Shown: positions 50,682 to 63,249 of the stretch, piece after piece
How positions within the stretch are numbered: the stretch's first letter is position 1
How the letters are laid out: each line of letters starts with the position of its first letter
DNA from: Octopus vulgaris
Taxonomy: Eukaryota
Direction: 5' to 3'
NCBI GenBank assembly: GCA_951406725.2
Contig: OX597821.1
Span: forward strand, 50,282,001-50,346,000
Length of the DNA: 64,000 nucleotides
Program-made: the position numbers and the translations under genes
The notes under the pieces: model-generated
Database searches by the model: none
Told to the model about the DNA's origin: nothing
The model's input: the letters and a program-made list of their open reading frames with translations, nothing else

Positions 50682-51042
50682 ATGCTAAGAGTTCAATGGT
50701 AACAAGCTGAAAGTATGAAACATTCCCATACTCAAGCTGAAAGTCATTTAAGAAGAGTTGCTATTAAAAAAACAGAAAGTATTGATCCATGAGTAAATAT
50801 TTAAATTTGCAGAACTGTCTGACCTATGCTCCAGTGTTTGTATCCATTAATTGGTTGTTGGAGTAGTGTAGCAGAAACCATAGAGTTTTAAGGTTCTTTT
50901 CAAATAAAGAAGGATAAATGAGTAAAGTTTAAGCAGTTCATGTTTAAGTAAGGTGAGTATAGGTAATGTTCAGACATTACACATTTGGATATCTTCATTC
51001 ATGAGGCAATCAATATGACCCTATCACTGCACCAAAGATAAG
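50682..51042 (+). repeat. Copy 2 of the diverged ~370-bp direct repeat
   Basis: See 46082-46470. Confidence 0.85.
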
Positions 51043-51554
51043 ACCAGCACCTGAGCAAGTGTCTTGTATTATAACCCAGGGCCAAGTAAAGCCTTGTGAG
51101 TGGATTTGGTAGACAGGAACTGAAAGAAGCCTCTGTGTGTGTGTGTGTGAATGTGTTTGTCCTCCACCATTGTGTGACAACAAAGAACTGAAAAGATTCT
51201 AGACAACTAACTGAGAGAAATTATTGGGACACACTGACAAAGAGATAAAGGCTAACCAGGGAGTAATAAAAGCCACATATGAAAAGAGATGAAGAGTGAA
51301 ACATAAAAAGAAGAAACAATAATATTTTTTTAAAATAATGTTTATTTTAGCTACCATCAAATAAATACAATGTGTGTGTATATAGACATATATAATTCAA
51401 TACAGAGCAAATAATTCACGAAAAAATAATTTGGGAAGATATCATTGACGCTATTATCTAGTGTAACAATTTAAAAATGATAATAACAGTATCAATAATT
51501 TAGGTGACTGCAGGCCCTCCAAAAAAGCATTAAACCCTTCAGTTAAGCATTCAC

Positions 51555-51588
<34 letters not shown>

Positions 51589-51789
51589 GTGTGTATATAT
51601 ATGTATGTATGTGTATGCAAATATATATTCATTTCATTTACTTGTTTCAGTCATTTGACTGCAGCTATGCTGGAGCACCGCCTTTAGTCAATCAAATCAA
51701 CCCTAGGACTTATTCTTTGTAAGCCTAGTACTTATTCTATCAGTATCTTTTGCCAAACCACTAAGTTACGGGGACATAATCACACCAAT

Positions 51790-52903
51790 TTCTGCCAGAA
51801 ATTTGGAAACAGTATGCTTGGCATTTGTGCTAGAAGCTCCAATAGGAACATTTCAGAGTGTTTGGGTGTCAAACTGAGAACAGTGCTGAGGATTTGGAAA
51901 GATTGGACAAGTCTAATGGTGATTACGAAGGTACAGCAGCTCAGAAAACTCATTCTGACCATTCTAATGAGAAAAGAACTCCTGAATTTGTTGGTGAGAT
52001 CCAGGCCATGATTGACAATGATCCCTCCAAGTCAATCAGGTCCATTGCCAAGGACATGGGTGTGTCTGAGTCTCTTATCAGGCAGGTAATGCATGAAGAC
52101 ATTTGCTATTCCTTATACAAGATGACAAAGGGCCAATTTTTATCCCAAGCCATCAAGGACAAGAGGAGAGACTGTGCTATGAAGCTTTTGAACAAACTCA
52201 AGTATCCCCTCCAACAAAACATGCTTTGATTTTTCTCAGGATCAGATGGTGAACACACAGAACAACCGTTGGCTTGCAGTGACCCCAAAACAGGTACCGA
52301 GAGCAATAAAAATCAAAATTCCAATCAACATCATGGTGTTTGGAGTGATCACTAGTGACGGCAATGTTATGCCTCCATTCATCTTCCCACACAGCCTCAG
52401 ACTCAACATGGAGGCCTACATCAAGTGCCTGGAAGAGGTAGTGTTGTCCTGGATCAAGAATGGCTGCTAGAAGACCCTATGTCTGGTAACAGGACTCTGC
52501 ACGATGCCGCACAATCAAGAGAACCTTGTCATGGCTGTCAGGCTTTTTCTGCAACCACATCACCCCTAACATCTGACCGCCTAACTCTCCAAACTGCAAC
52601 CTCTCTGATTATTATGTGAGGCGCAGTTGAGCAAGAGACCAACAAAGCACCTTGTGACGCCAAAGATGAACTGAAGACAAGAATTATGACAGCATTCACC
52701 AGCTTAAACAAGGAGATGGTCCAGAAGAGTTGCAGGAGATTTTGATGCCATCTGGAGGCCATGGTTAAAGTCAATGGCAATTTTATTGAATAAAATTACT
52801 CTTTAGTATTTCAAGATATTTTTATGTAATTTTGGTAAATATATCTGTCAGTGTTATTTTCATTTTTGCATAATTTAGATGACAATTTATTAACTGCACC
52901 CTG
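51790..52903 (+). mobile_element. Tc1/mariner DD37D (maT-like) transposase pseudogene, left end lost
   Basis: HTH region PSKSIRSIAKDMGVSESLIR; IMVFGVITSDG; YVW*QDSA followed by exactly 37 residues to PPNSPNCNLS-D-YYV; right end ...ttaactgcaccctg|ta; fused on the left to a truncated SINE (51632-51787). Confidence 0.9.
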
Positions 52904-52978
52904 TATATATTAAATATACATGCATGTATTTATTATTATTATTATTATTATTATAATATATATATATATATATATATG

Positions 52979-53111
52979 AAATTATAATTTAGGGTATCTA
53001 AGAGATACCTCCACATTGGAAATAGCAGCCAAAACTTGCCTCTAAAACCACATTACATGTCCATACATTTCCAGCGTGGAGGTATCTCTTAGATACCCTA
53101 AATTATAATTT
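52979..53111. repeat. Fold-back element with 45-bp inverted arms
   Basis: 52979-53023 pairs with 53067-53111 (43/45), 43-nt spacer; starts at (TA)n. Confidence 0.9.
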
Positions 53112-53197
53112 TAATAATAATTATTACCTTTGAAGGTTTTTATTCCCGTGCTGGCCACTTGATAAGATCAATAATTAAATTAACTATCTTATCCTTA

Positions 53198-53598
53198 TTT
53201 ACTCTTTTACTTGTTTCAGTCATTTGACTGCGGCCATGCTGGAGCACTGCCTTTAGTCGAGCAGATCGACCCTGGGACTTATTCTTTGTAAGCCCAGTAC
53301 TTATTCTATCGGTCTCTTTTGCCGAACCGGTAAGTGACGGGGACGTAAACACACCAGCATCGGTTGTCAAGCAATGCTAGGGGGACAAACACAGACACAC
53401 AAACATATACACACACACTTATATATATATATACATATATACGACAGGCTTCTTTCAGTTTCTGTCTACCAAATCCACTCACAAGGCATTGGTCGGCCCA
53501 GGGCTATAGCAGAAGACACTTGCCCAAGATGCCATGCAGTGGGACTGAACCCGGAACCATGTGGCTGGTTAGCAAGCTACTTACCACACAGCCACTCC

Positions 53599-53602
<4 letters not shown>
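53198..53602 (-). mobile_element. SINE family A, full length
   Basis: Close to 4492-4982. Confidence 0.9.
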
Positions 53603-53634
<32 letters not shown>

Positions 53635-54545
53635 GTTAAATATACGTGTACATACATATATTATATACCATATATACACACACAGGCACACAAACACATG
53701 CATAGAATGAACCATCATCAATCCAAATTACATTAAGCTAGTCATCAGATAAACTAAAGAAAATGTGAGTTTAGATAGTGACTATCAGTGTTGACTTCTG
53801 ACGTCATAGTTGAGCATCATTGTTGTAGGCGGTGTATGCTCTGGGTCTGATAGTTGGGTGCTGCACACCCATTAATGATGCTATATTCTTCATAAATATT
53901 AAACTCACTCATAGCTCATAAAGGGAAATGAATTTTTCCGTCTTCTATTATTTAATATTGTAACACTCCACACCCTACAGCTACTTGTATTAAATGTAGT
54001 GGGTAGATAATGGAAGAATGACAAAAATAAGAACTGAAGGTGAATGACATTTTACCTCAACACATCCTGTTCATTTGTCACTTTTACATCCTTCTCTAAG
54101 AAATATACTATTTCTTTCTAACAATCTATGCTCCCACCAACAAACTTGCCTCTTAAATTACTTAATACTGGAATTCATTTACTCTCTCTTAGTTTTTCTT
54201 TCTATCTATATTCAGCTTGTAACTCGTACAAAACTTACTCAGAAATAAAGATTAAGTCAGATCAACACGCCCTAAAATTTGTATGGTTATTTTTTAGTAA
54301 TTCTCAAAACACTGTACTTTGGAATAAAAAAAAATCCCTTACTCAAAATACTGGTAAAAGTTAGCAATAGGAAGAGTATCCAGTTGTAAGACAATACCTC
54401 AATTGTAAAATGATGCCTAATAAATATTCACTTAATCCATACCAGCATGAAAAAGCAGACATAATACAAATACAACACACACACACACACACATTATCAT
54501 CATCATCATTTAACATCCATTTTCCATGCTGGCATGCGTTGGACA

Positions 54546-54589
<44 letters not shown>

Positions 54590-54594
54590 AGGCA

Positions 54595-55100
54595 TCCATA
54601 CTAGTGACACATAAAAAGCACCCAGTACACACTGTGGAGTGGTTGGCATTTTAAAGGGCATCCAACCATAGAAACCAAGCCAAAACAGACTAGAGCTTAG
54701 TGTAGCTTTCCAGCTTACGAGTTACCTCTAAGCCATTCCAGCATGGAAAACGGATGTTAAATGATGATGATGATGACGTTGATATATATATGTGCCGGTG
54801 GCACGTAAAAAGCACCATCTGTACGTGGCTGATGCCAGCACCGCCTTGACTGGCTTCCAGTTCGGTGGCACGTAAAAACAACCAACCGATCGTGGCCGTT
54901 GCCAGCCTCCCCTGGCACTTGTGCTGGTGGCATGAAAAGAAGCACCCACTACACTCACAGAGGGGTTGGCATTAGTAAGGGCATCCAGCTGTAGAAACAG
55001 ATCAGACTGGAGCCTGGTGCAGCCTCTTGGCTTCCCAGACCCGGTCGAACTGTCCAACCCATGCTAACATGGGAAACAGACATTAAACGATGATGATGAT
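54595..55100 (+). mobile_element. Two tandem family-D LINE-tail repeats
   Basis: Each ends ...gcatgg/acatgg...ttaaa(t/c)gatgatgat. Confidence 0.8.
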
Positions 55101-55837
55101 ATATATATAAATGTTGGCATTAATTTATTTGTTAATAATTTACTATGATTCTTACTTTCAAAAATTACAATTCTAAAATAACAAGCAGCTCTAAGTTAAA
55201 CTTGCATATTTTCCAGAGAAGTGGCATTATCTGCTACCAGTAGCCCATATTCTGACCAGATTAATGATAGAGCACAATGAGTAAGCCAGTTTCAAATCTC
55301 ATTTGGAACAATTTCACATATTATATCATTAATTCTCTTAAGAAAGACATGTATATCTCAAGTACTTATTTTCCTTCTCATTTAAATTTGAGGGAAAAAT
55401 CATTGATCATAGACTAATGAAGGTCTAAGAATTTAACACAAAAATGTATCATCTCTAATCTGAAGAATAATAAATCTGGAATTTGAAGGGTTGTTTTGCT
55501 GTTTGTACCTTTCTCAAGGACATTAATCCTTTCTACTGTAGGCACAAGTTCTGAAATTTTAAGGGAGGGGGACTAGTGAATTACATCAACCTGAGTGCTC
55601 AACTGTTTTCATCAACTCCAAAAGCATGAAAGGCAAAGCTGACCTCAGTGCATTTGACCTTAGAATGTGAGGATAGGTAACATACTGCTAAGCATTTTGC
55701 CCAGCATGCTAATGATTCTGCCAGTTCCCCCACTCTTCTCAAGGACATTGATTACAAAGTAAAGTACTTCTAATTAGCAATAGAAGTTAAGTTTTAGGCA
55801 TAATTTTTATTGAGTGTGTACTGCTGTGTCATGTCCC

Positions 55838-56290
55838 TACCAGACATAAGATGCCAACAAAATATCCAGCAGACAAGATGCTCATGAAGTACCAACCAAA
55901 TATCTAATGCTCACTAGCCACCCACCAAACACCAGATACTCACAAGTCATCCACCAAACACTAGATGCTAACAAGGTACCCACTAGATACCAGATCCTCA
56001 TAAGGTACCCAAATGACACTAAATGCTAACAAGGTATCCACAAGACACTAAATGCTTAGAAGGCACCCAGCAGACACTGGATGCTCACAAGGTACCCAAA
56101 AGATACTAAATGCTTACAAGGTACCAACTAGATACTAAATGCTAACAAGGCACCTACCAGACACTAACTGCTTACTAGATACCAATGAGGTATCCACAAG
56201 ACACTAAATGCTCACAAGGCGCCCATCAGATATCAGATGCTCAAATGGTACCAACCAGACATCAGATACTCACTAGGTACCAGATGCTCA
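55838..56290. repeat. 29-bp minisatellite, ~15 diverged copies
   Basis: Consensus approximately AGACACTAAATGCTCACAAGGTACCCACC. Confidence 0.9.
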
Positions 56291-56449
56291 ATCTGGCCCT
56301 GAATAAGTGGTTTATATTTTTATCTTGTTTAGTGTTTGACTACTGAACTAAGTTTCTAACTTGAACTAACAAAAAGGAAATAATAACATATAATCAGAGA
56401 CACAACTAGGTGCTTAAGAAGTATACTTTGCAACCATAGGCTTCTGAAT

Positions 56450-56664
56450 TTAACCCTTTAGCATTAAAGCCAGCCGTATCCAGTCAAAATATTCTACCTT
56501 TTTTTATGCTCAAACTGGCCAGATTTGCCTTCTCACACCTACACTACAATGTCATTGCAAAAATAAATAACCTTGAAGCTACAAGGTAATGCATGGTTAA
56601 TTCAAAACAATGTGAATAAACAAGTATTACATTTGACAGAGTAATCTGTATGCAGGAGGGTTAA
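56450..56664. mobile_element. piggyBac-like MITE inserted in an old SINE head
   Basis: TTAA-CCCTTTAG ... AGGG-TTAA; opposite orientation to the other three copies. Confidence 0.8.
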
Positions 56665-57467
56665 TCCTACAGCGTCTTTTTAACAAGTCACTGCTACAGT
56701 GTCAAGTTGGCCAGTAATTTATGAGTGGAATACAGTTGATAGAATCTGTGCATGTGTGTGTGTGTGTATGTGTGTGTGTGTGCGGGTATGGGTACCAATG
56801 TAAAACAGTCTGCCATTAAATAAATATTAAATTGAAATAACTAACCAATTAAATTTAATTAACTAAAAAACAAAACTCTTAGTGATACTAGTACTCCAGT
56901 ATGTCAAATGACTGAAACGATTAATAAAATAGCAAAAACAAAAAGGGAAAAGAATTCTTCCTAATTTATGTATCTCTAATTGGTTAACAAGTAAAACAAA
57001 TTATATATGCAAATCAGATACTGTATAACACTCACACCAATATGTATCTTTAATCATTAAATTAGATGCACAAATGTTAATTATATAAATAAGTCACAAT
57101 TGCTACACATTATAATGTATCACTAATTAGCAAAATAAATAATGATTTATGTAAATCACAGTAACTAGATATAGTATTAACAATTTTGTTGTATATCTCT
57201 GACTAATTAGAAAAACAAATGTTAATTATTTGCAAATCAAAGTAACTAGATATTGTTTAACACAGTATTATAAATCTCTATTTATTTAAATAATAAAAGA
57301 AACATCAATTATATATGTAAATCACAGTAAATATAACTCCAGCAGTGACACATCTGATTTTCATAAAAAGAATTCAAAACTTATTGTTAGTTCAGCTCTG
57401 TTGCTTATCATAGTGTGTTATCTCATATAAAATTTAATCATTGCGATAGGTTATAAAATAGGTTATA

Positions 57468-58347
57468 ATCATTGTTGTTGATTATGTGCTACGTATGTCA
57501 GTTGATACCATCTCTGGCAAGGGCTTTGAAATAAAACCAAGAAGAAGTTCCAGACACCCAGCTGAGTACTTGACAGACACTGACTTTGCTGACGACATCG
57601 CTCTTATCAGTGATTCTCTCTCCAATGCCCAGTCTCTTTTACAATCTCTTGAACAAGCCTCAAATTGTGTAGGTCTTTACCTCAATGAGGCCAAAACTGA
57701 ATACATAAACAAGTGCCTGTCCAACAGTGATTGCATCATCCACACTCTCAACAGTGCACCTTTAAATATGGTTTCTGATTATAAATATCTTGGGTCATAC
57801 ATATCATCATCTGGAAAAGACTTTCTAACTAGAAAGGGTATGGCCTGGTCAGCCTGTAATGACATGCATAAGATCTGGTCATCAAATCTAAGTAGAGACT
57901 TCAAACTTGAAATATTCAAAGCCACAGTCGAACCAATCCTACTATATGGCTCAGAAACCTGGACGTTATCAAAGAAGCTTGAGAGGCGGTTGGATGGAAC
58001 CTACACTCGCCTCCTTATGAGAGCTCAAAATCTCTCGTGGAGGCGCCATCCAACTAAAATGCAAATATATGGGAAATTACCACCTGTGTCATCTCTTGTG
58101 AAAGGTAGGAGAGTCCAGTTTGCTGGACATTGTTGTAGAGCTGAAAAAGAAGTAATTTCTACTCTTCTCCTCTGGAAGCCATCTACTCGCAACACCAGAG
58201 GGCGCACACTCTCCTACCCTGATGTAATCTCCAGGGATACAGGCATCCAGCAACAGGACCTCCGTAATGCTATGATGGACCGTGAAGTCTGGCGCAACAT
58301 GGTAAATTCCATTGTCTCGACCACGGTCGAACAATGATGATGATGAT
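57468..58347 (+). mobile_element. Young 5'-truncated RTE-type LINE with uninterrupted ORF C-terminus
   Basis: IIVVDYVLRM...DTDFADDIALIS...YKYLGS...ILLYGSETWTL...FAGHC; no internal stops; the TGA stop is the first unit of a (TGA)n tail. Confidence 0.93.
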
Positions 58348-58534
58348 AAAAGAGGGCATTTTCCACAATGTCACCATACCTTTCTCTCTCTTTTGGGGCA
58401 AAACATAATCCCAACATGTAGTGTTTTCCCAAAGTCCCATCAGCAATGACATTATTGACACAAGTTACCACCATTGGTATTCTAGCCCTGTCTAATGAAA
58501 CAATTACCCCATCCACACACTCTCTCTCTCTCTC

Positions 58535-58962
58535 TCTTGCCCACTTTTCCATGCTCACCTGGATCAGAAGGAAATTGATGAGACAGATTTTTTTTTCTCT
58601 AGTCAGATGCCTTTCCTGTTGCCAACCTTCATCTGTTTCCAACTAAGGTAATATTACCCCGTGGCCAGATATGTTTTTGTGGAAGACTGGAAATGAAAGC
58701 AACACTTGCAAGACCAAGACATTTGTTTATAACTAACATGTGTTAACAAAACAATGAAACACTAACATATGCATGCACACACACACACACATACACACAC
58801 AATGTACTTCTTTCAGTTTCTGTCAATCATATTCACTCCCAAAGCTTTGGTTGGCCCAGAGCTATAGCAGAAGATATTTGCCCAGGATGCCACACATTGG
58901 ACTGAACCTGAAATCAAGAGATTGGGAACCAAACTTCTTAACATAAAGCCATGCCTGAGCCT
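58535..58962 (-). mobile_element. SINE with family-A head and type-E tail
   Basis: ccacttttccatgc...gatgcctttcctgttgccaac, then ttctttcagtttc...gactgaacc. Confidence 0.75.
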
Positions 58963-61517
58963 ACGCAAATAACTAAACGATGAGCCTTACAAAGGAGATG
59001 ACAGAGGAACGAGATATGTGGTACTTGAGTACATTGTAATACTTGAGTACATTGTTGTACTCAAGAAGACTTGCCACCACAACAGAATTGATGGTTCTAC
59101 ATAAAAAGCATTGATGCTGGTGCCCCATAAAAAGCACTGATCAATGTGCCACTTAAAAAGCACCCAGTACATTATGTAAAGAGGTTAGCATTAGGAAGGG
59201 TATCCAGCCGTAGAAATCAAGCCAAAACAGACTATGGAACCTGGCATGTCCCTGGGCTTGCCAATTCCTGCCAAGCTATCCAACCCATGCCAGTATGGAA
59301 ACAGATGTTAAATGTTGATGACTGATGATGTTAAACTACAATTCTATGATAATTTCTCTCAATTATATAATCTCTTTAGTTCAGATAATAAATATCCAAC
59401 AAGCCTTTAATAAACAGTATAGTGCCTCTCTGCTAAGCAGTCAGTATGTTCATTAGTATGATCTAGCATGATATGTAAATGTTATCTTATTTAGAGCTAA
59501 GTGTAGTTAAGTCAGAAAATTAGGTGTCTCTGTCCCGAGCTCACTGTGGTGGTAACAACAATATACCCCTGATTCTTCATACAGTCAGTTTAATGTTTTA
59601 ATGACTTTAATTAGGCAGTTCCATAACTTAGACAGTAAGCTAGTGTCCTAACTTAAAACAGTGAGTGCTACAATTTAAGACAGTAAGTCAGTGTCTTATC
59701 AACATAATCAGTTGCAGTTCTCAAATACTATGATGTATGGTAGTGAACATGTTGTTATTGTTTAATCTGAGATCAAAGGTATTCCAGTACTGATCATCGT
59801 GCATTTTGTATACCAGAGAACTACACTATTCAATGTATCCATTATTTAAGAGGGTAGGGTGTATCTGAGGCAGACTTGGTCGCTATTTCTAACAAGTCAA
59901 GTGACTCTGTAGACACTCTCTCCTTAGCTCATAGCATTTCTGTTGATGTTGTTACTGTTTATTTCATATCAGTCCTGAAATAGTAGACCTAGGCATTCCA
60001 GACAAAACCCATCCTATATATTTAAAAAAAATTTTTTTTTTAGGTATAATGTACTCTGACTACAGTATCTAACATGTTCTTTCTTTTCCCAAGAAAGTAA
60101 TGCATTATTTGAAGGAGATTTGGCTTCTATTACTAGCAGGTTGAGTGACCTTGTAGAAGCATCCTTCAAAGCTTAATAATACCTCAGTGAAATATTATGC
60201 TACTGATGCAAAATAGTGTCAGAACCGTACTAGACAATATGGTAGTAATATTAAATGGTATGATACTCCTGCAAAATACTATGGTATTCATGCTAGATAA
60301 CAATATATGCTAAATTATTACAATATAATGGGATACCTTAGCTAAATATCATGGTACCCAAGCACAACAATATGATATCCAATGTATAGTATCAGTGTTG
60401 TATCAATGCTAAATAGTATTTTTTGTCATCATCATCATCATTTAACATCTATTTACACTGCTGGCATGGTTTAGATGGTTTGACAGGATCTAATGGAGCC
60501 AAAGACTGCATTGTGTTCCACAGCCTGCTTTTAGCATGGTTTCTAACACTAACCACTTTACAATGTTTAGTGGGTACTTTTCTCCTGCCATTGGCACTAA
60601 TGAGGTTGCCATGCAGCTTGCCTGCAAGAGGGCAGTAACAGGATAGTAATGATGATACAGTTGAGTGGTACTTATAGTAAATTGCATAATTTCTACCTCA
60701 AATACTGGAAAGAGTTACTGATTGTTAAATCCAGTAGTTTCTAGATGGTGAGGACCATAGTACATCCTTACTGCAAAGGTATCCAGATGCACTGAAAACT
60801 GTAAAAATACAATAGGCACAGGTATAGCTGTGCAGTTAAAAAGTTCACTATGCCAATGTCATGTAAAATGCACTTGTGCCGCATACAATACACTCATGCC
60901 AGTGTCACATAAAAGTACCCAGCACACTCTGTAAAATGGTTGGCATTAGGAAGGGCATCCAGCTATAGAAACCATACCAAAACAGACACTTGGAGCCTGG
61001 AGAGCTCTCCAGCTAACCAGCTCCAGTCAAAGCATCCAATCTATGCCAACATGGAAAACAAGACATTAAATGGTGATGGCGATGTTAGTCACAGATTCAA
61101 TCCCACCATACAGTACCTTGAGCAAATGTCTTCTACTATAACCCTGGGCTGAGCGAAGGCTTGTGGATAGAGTTGGTAGATGAAAACTAAAAGAGGCCCA
61201 TCATGTATATGTGTGAGTATGTGTGTAACCTATATAGCAGATTTATAAAGAGGGCTAATTTAGTTATTTCTCCATAGGCTAAAACAAAATTATAAACAAT
61301 CTTAATCAATTTTAAAATCTTATTAGATTCTCATCAGAGGTGTCTACAACAATTTGATCCCCCCCCACCAGAAAAACAAGCAGTGGACTGGTTGCTTTTA
61401 CTATGACACAAGCACAAGTACTTTTTTATGTGACACCAGCACTGGTATAAATTCTGCTGTGGCAAACAGGTCTTCTTGAGTACAACAATGCACCATATAT
61501 ATATATATATATATATA

Positions 61518-62422
61518 TCATTAAGGATAAAATCAATAAATGATCTTATCAGTGGCCAGCATGTAATAAAAACTATATAGGTAAACATTAATATAAGTAT
61601 GTAATTATATAGATATAATTATAATTACGGTACTGAGAAACAGCACCTACATGCTAGAGATAGACGTCAAAAGACTCTAAGAACCATTTCAAATTACACC
61701 CCATTAGCACGAGGCTGAAAACAAGCAAATGAATAAAAGAGATTTAGCAAAATTTTGAGGTTAATTCTAGATCATCCAATATCTGGTTTAGTAATACAAA
61801 TTACTTTACCGTCATCAGTAGAATGTACCAGAAGTACATAAATATAAATATATATACATGCCCATACAAATACATTGGTATATATACAATTATATACATA
61901 TATCCACATGCATATATGAGGCAAATCCAGTTATTCATCTCAACACGTGCATATTTGATCAAGATAATACCGCAGTAAATATCAGAATCAGAGTGAATAA
62001 ATAAATATATATATGCATACATAATTAAGGATAAAATCAACTAATGATCTTATCAATGGCCAAATGTAATAAAAACCTTAAAGGTAAACATTAATATAAA
62101 TATATAATTATATAGATATAATTATAATTAAGGGTACAGAGAAATAGCACCTACATGCTATATATACGAATGGATATGTATATACACTTATATTTATCTA
62201 CTTCTGATATATTCTTCTGATGACAGTAAATTAATCGGTATTACTAAACCAAAAATTGGATAATCTAGAATTAACCTCAAAATTTTGCCAAATTTCTTTT
62301 ACTCATTTGCTCACTTTCAGCCTTGTGCTAATGGAGTGTAATTTGAAGTGGTTTTTAGAATCTTCTGACATTTATCTCTAGGGTGTAGGTGCTGTCTCTC
62401 AGTACCCTTAATTATAATTATA
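61518..62422. mobile_element. Penelope-like tandem plus inverted terminal-repeat structure between (TA)n tracts
   Basis: 61520-61656 is directly repeated at 62023-62160; 61617-61860 is inverted at 62178-62420; both inverted arms contain CTGATGA. Confidence 0.75.
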
Positions 62423-62789
62423 CATATATATATATATATATATACCAGCATACTACGAGAGAGTACAACATGCTTGGAGGAACTCAGTATATGTAGTAGG
62501 ATATCTTTTTTATACCAAACACCTGAGGTGACACACACTGCGCAGATTGATGCAACACAGAATGCACGATATCCTACCCATAAGGGAGAGCTGCAAGATG
62601 ATCTTTGCACTGAATAAAGATCCATGCCAAATTCATTTTCCATTTCCCTCATCAATTATAAACTAAACAAACACTGCAGAATTCCTGATGTAGATCCAGT
62701 GAAAATTATATCATAACAGTGGATGATATCAGGTAGCCCAAACGGTGAATGTGCTTTAATTAGCATGCTAATAGACATTTACCCAAAGT

Positions 62790-63050
62790 CCGTGGCTGTG
62801 TGGTGAGTAGCTTGCTTATGAACCTCATGGTTCCGGGTTCAGTCCCACAGCATGGCACCTTGGGTAAGTGTCTTCTACTATAGCCTCGGGCTGACCAAAG
62901 CCTTGTGAGTGGATTTGGTAGATGGAAACTGAAAGAAGCTCATCGTATATATGTATGTGTGTGTGTGTGTGCATGAGTTTGTGTGTCTGTGTTTGTCCCC
63001 CCAACATCGCTTGACAACCAATGCTGGTGTGTTTATGTCCCCCTAACTTT
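62790..63050 (+). mobile_element. SINE family A, 3'-truncated
   Basis: gtggctgtgtggtgagtagc...; stops at ~63050. Confidence 0.85.
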
Positions 63051-63051
63051 T

Positions 63052-63249
63052 GGGGGTTTTGCAGTAAATCACTAAATCATCCATAACTTTTGTATTATCC
63101 TCTCAAATTACACCAAAATCTCAGGCAATAACAAATAATATCGTATTTATTGTCTGTGAAAATTATAGAATATAAAACAACTTTGATAAAAAATTATATC
63201 TACTTTTCTGACGAAAACAATGCTGTTCTGAACATTTTGGTCGCAACTG
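63052..63249. mobile_element. Tc1-type transposon end
   Basis: ...gttctgaacattttggtcgcaactg|ta reverse-complements to CAGTTGCGACCAAAA, resembling the TIR at 8608. Confidence 0.55.

Noticed and set aside
46082-51042. LTR retrotransposon
   Set aside because: No TG...CA termini, primer-binding site, polypurine tract or gag/pol remnants between the direct repeats.
53798-53805. TGACGTCA CRE site
   Set aside because: A single 8-mer is expected about once by chance in this length; no promoter context.
55838-56290. CRISPR array (also considered for 39993-40172)
   Set aside because: Eukaryotic context, no unique spacers, no cas genes.
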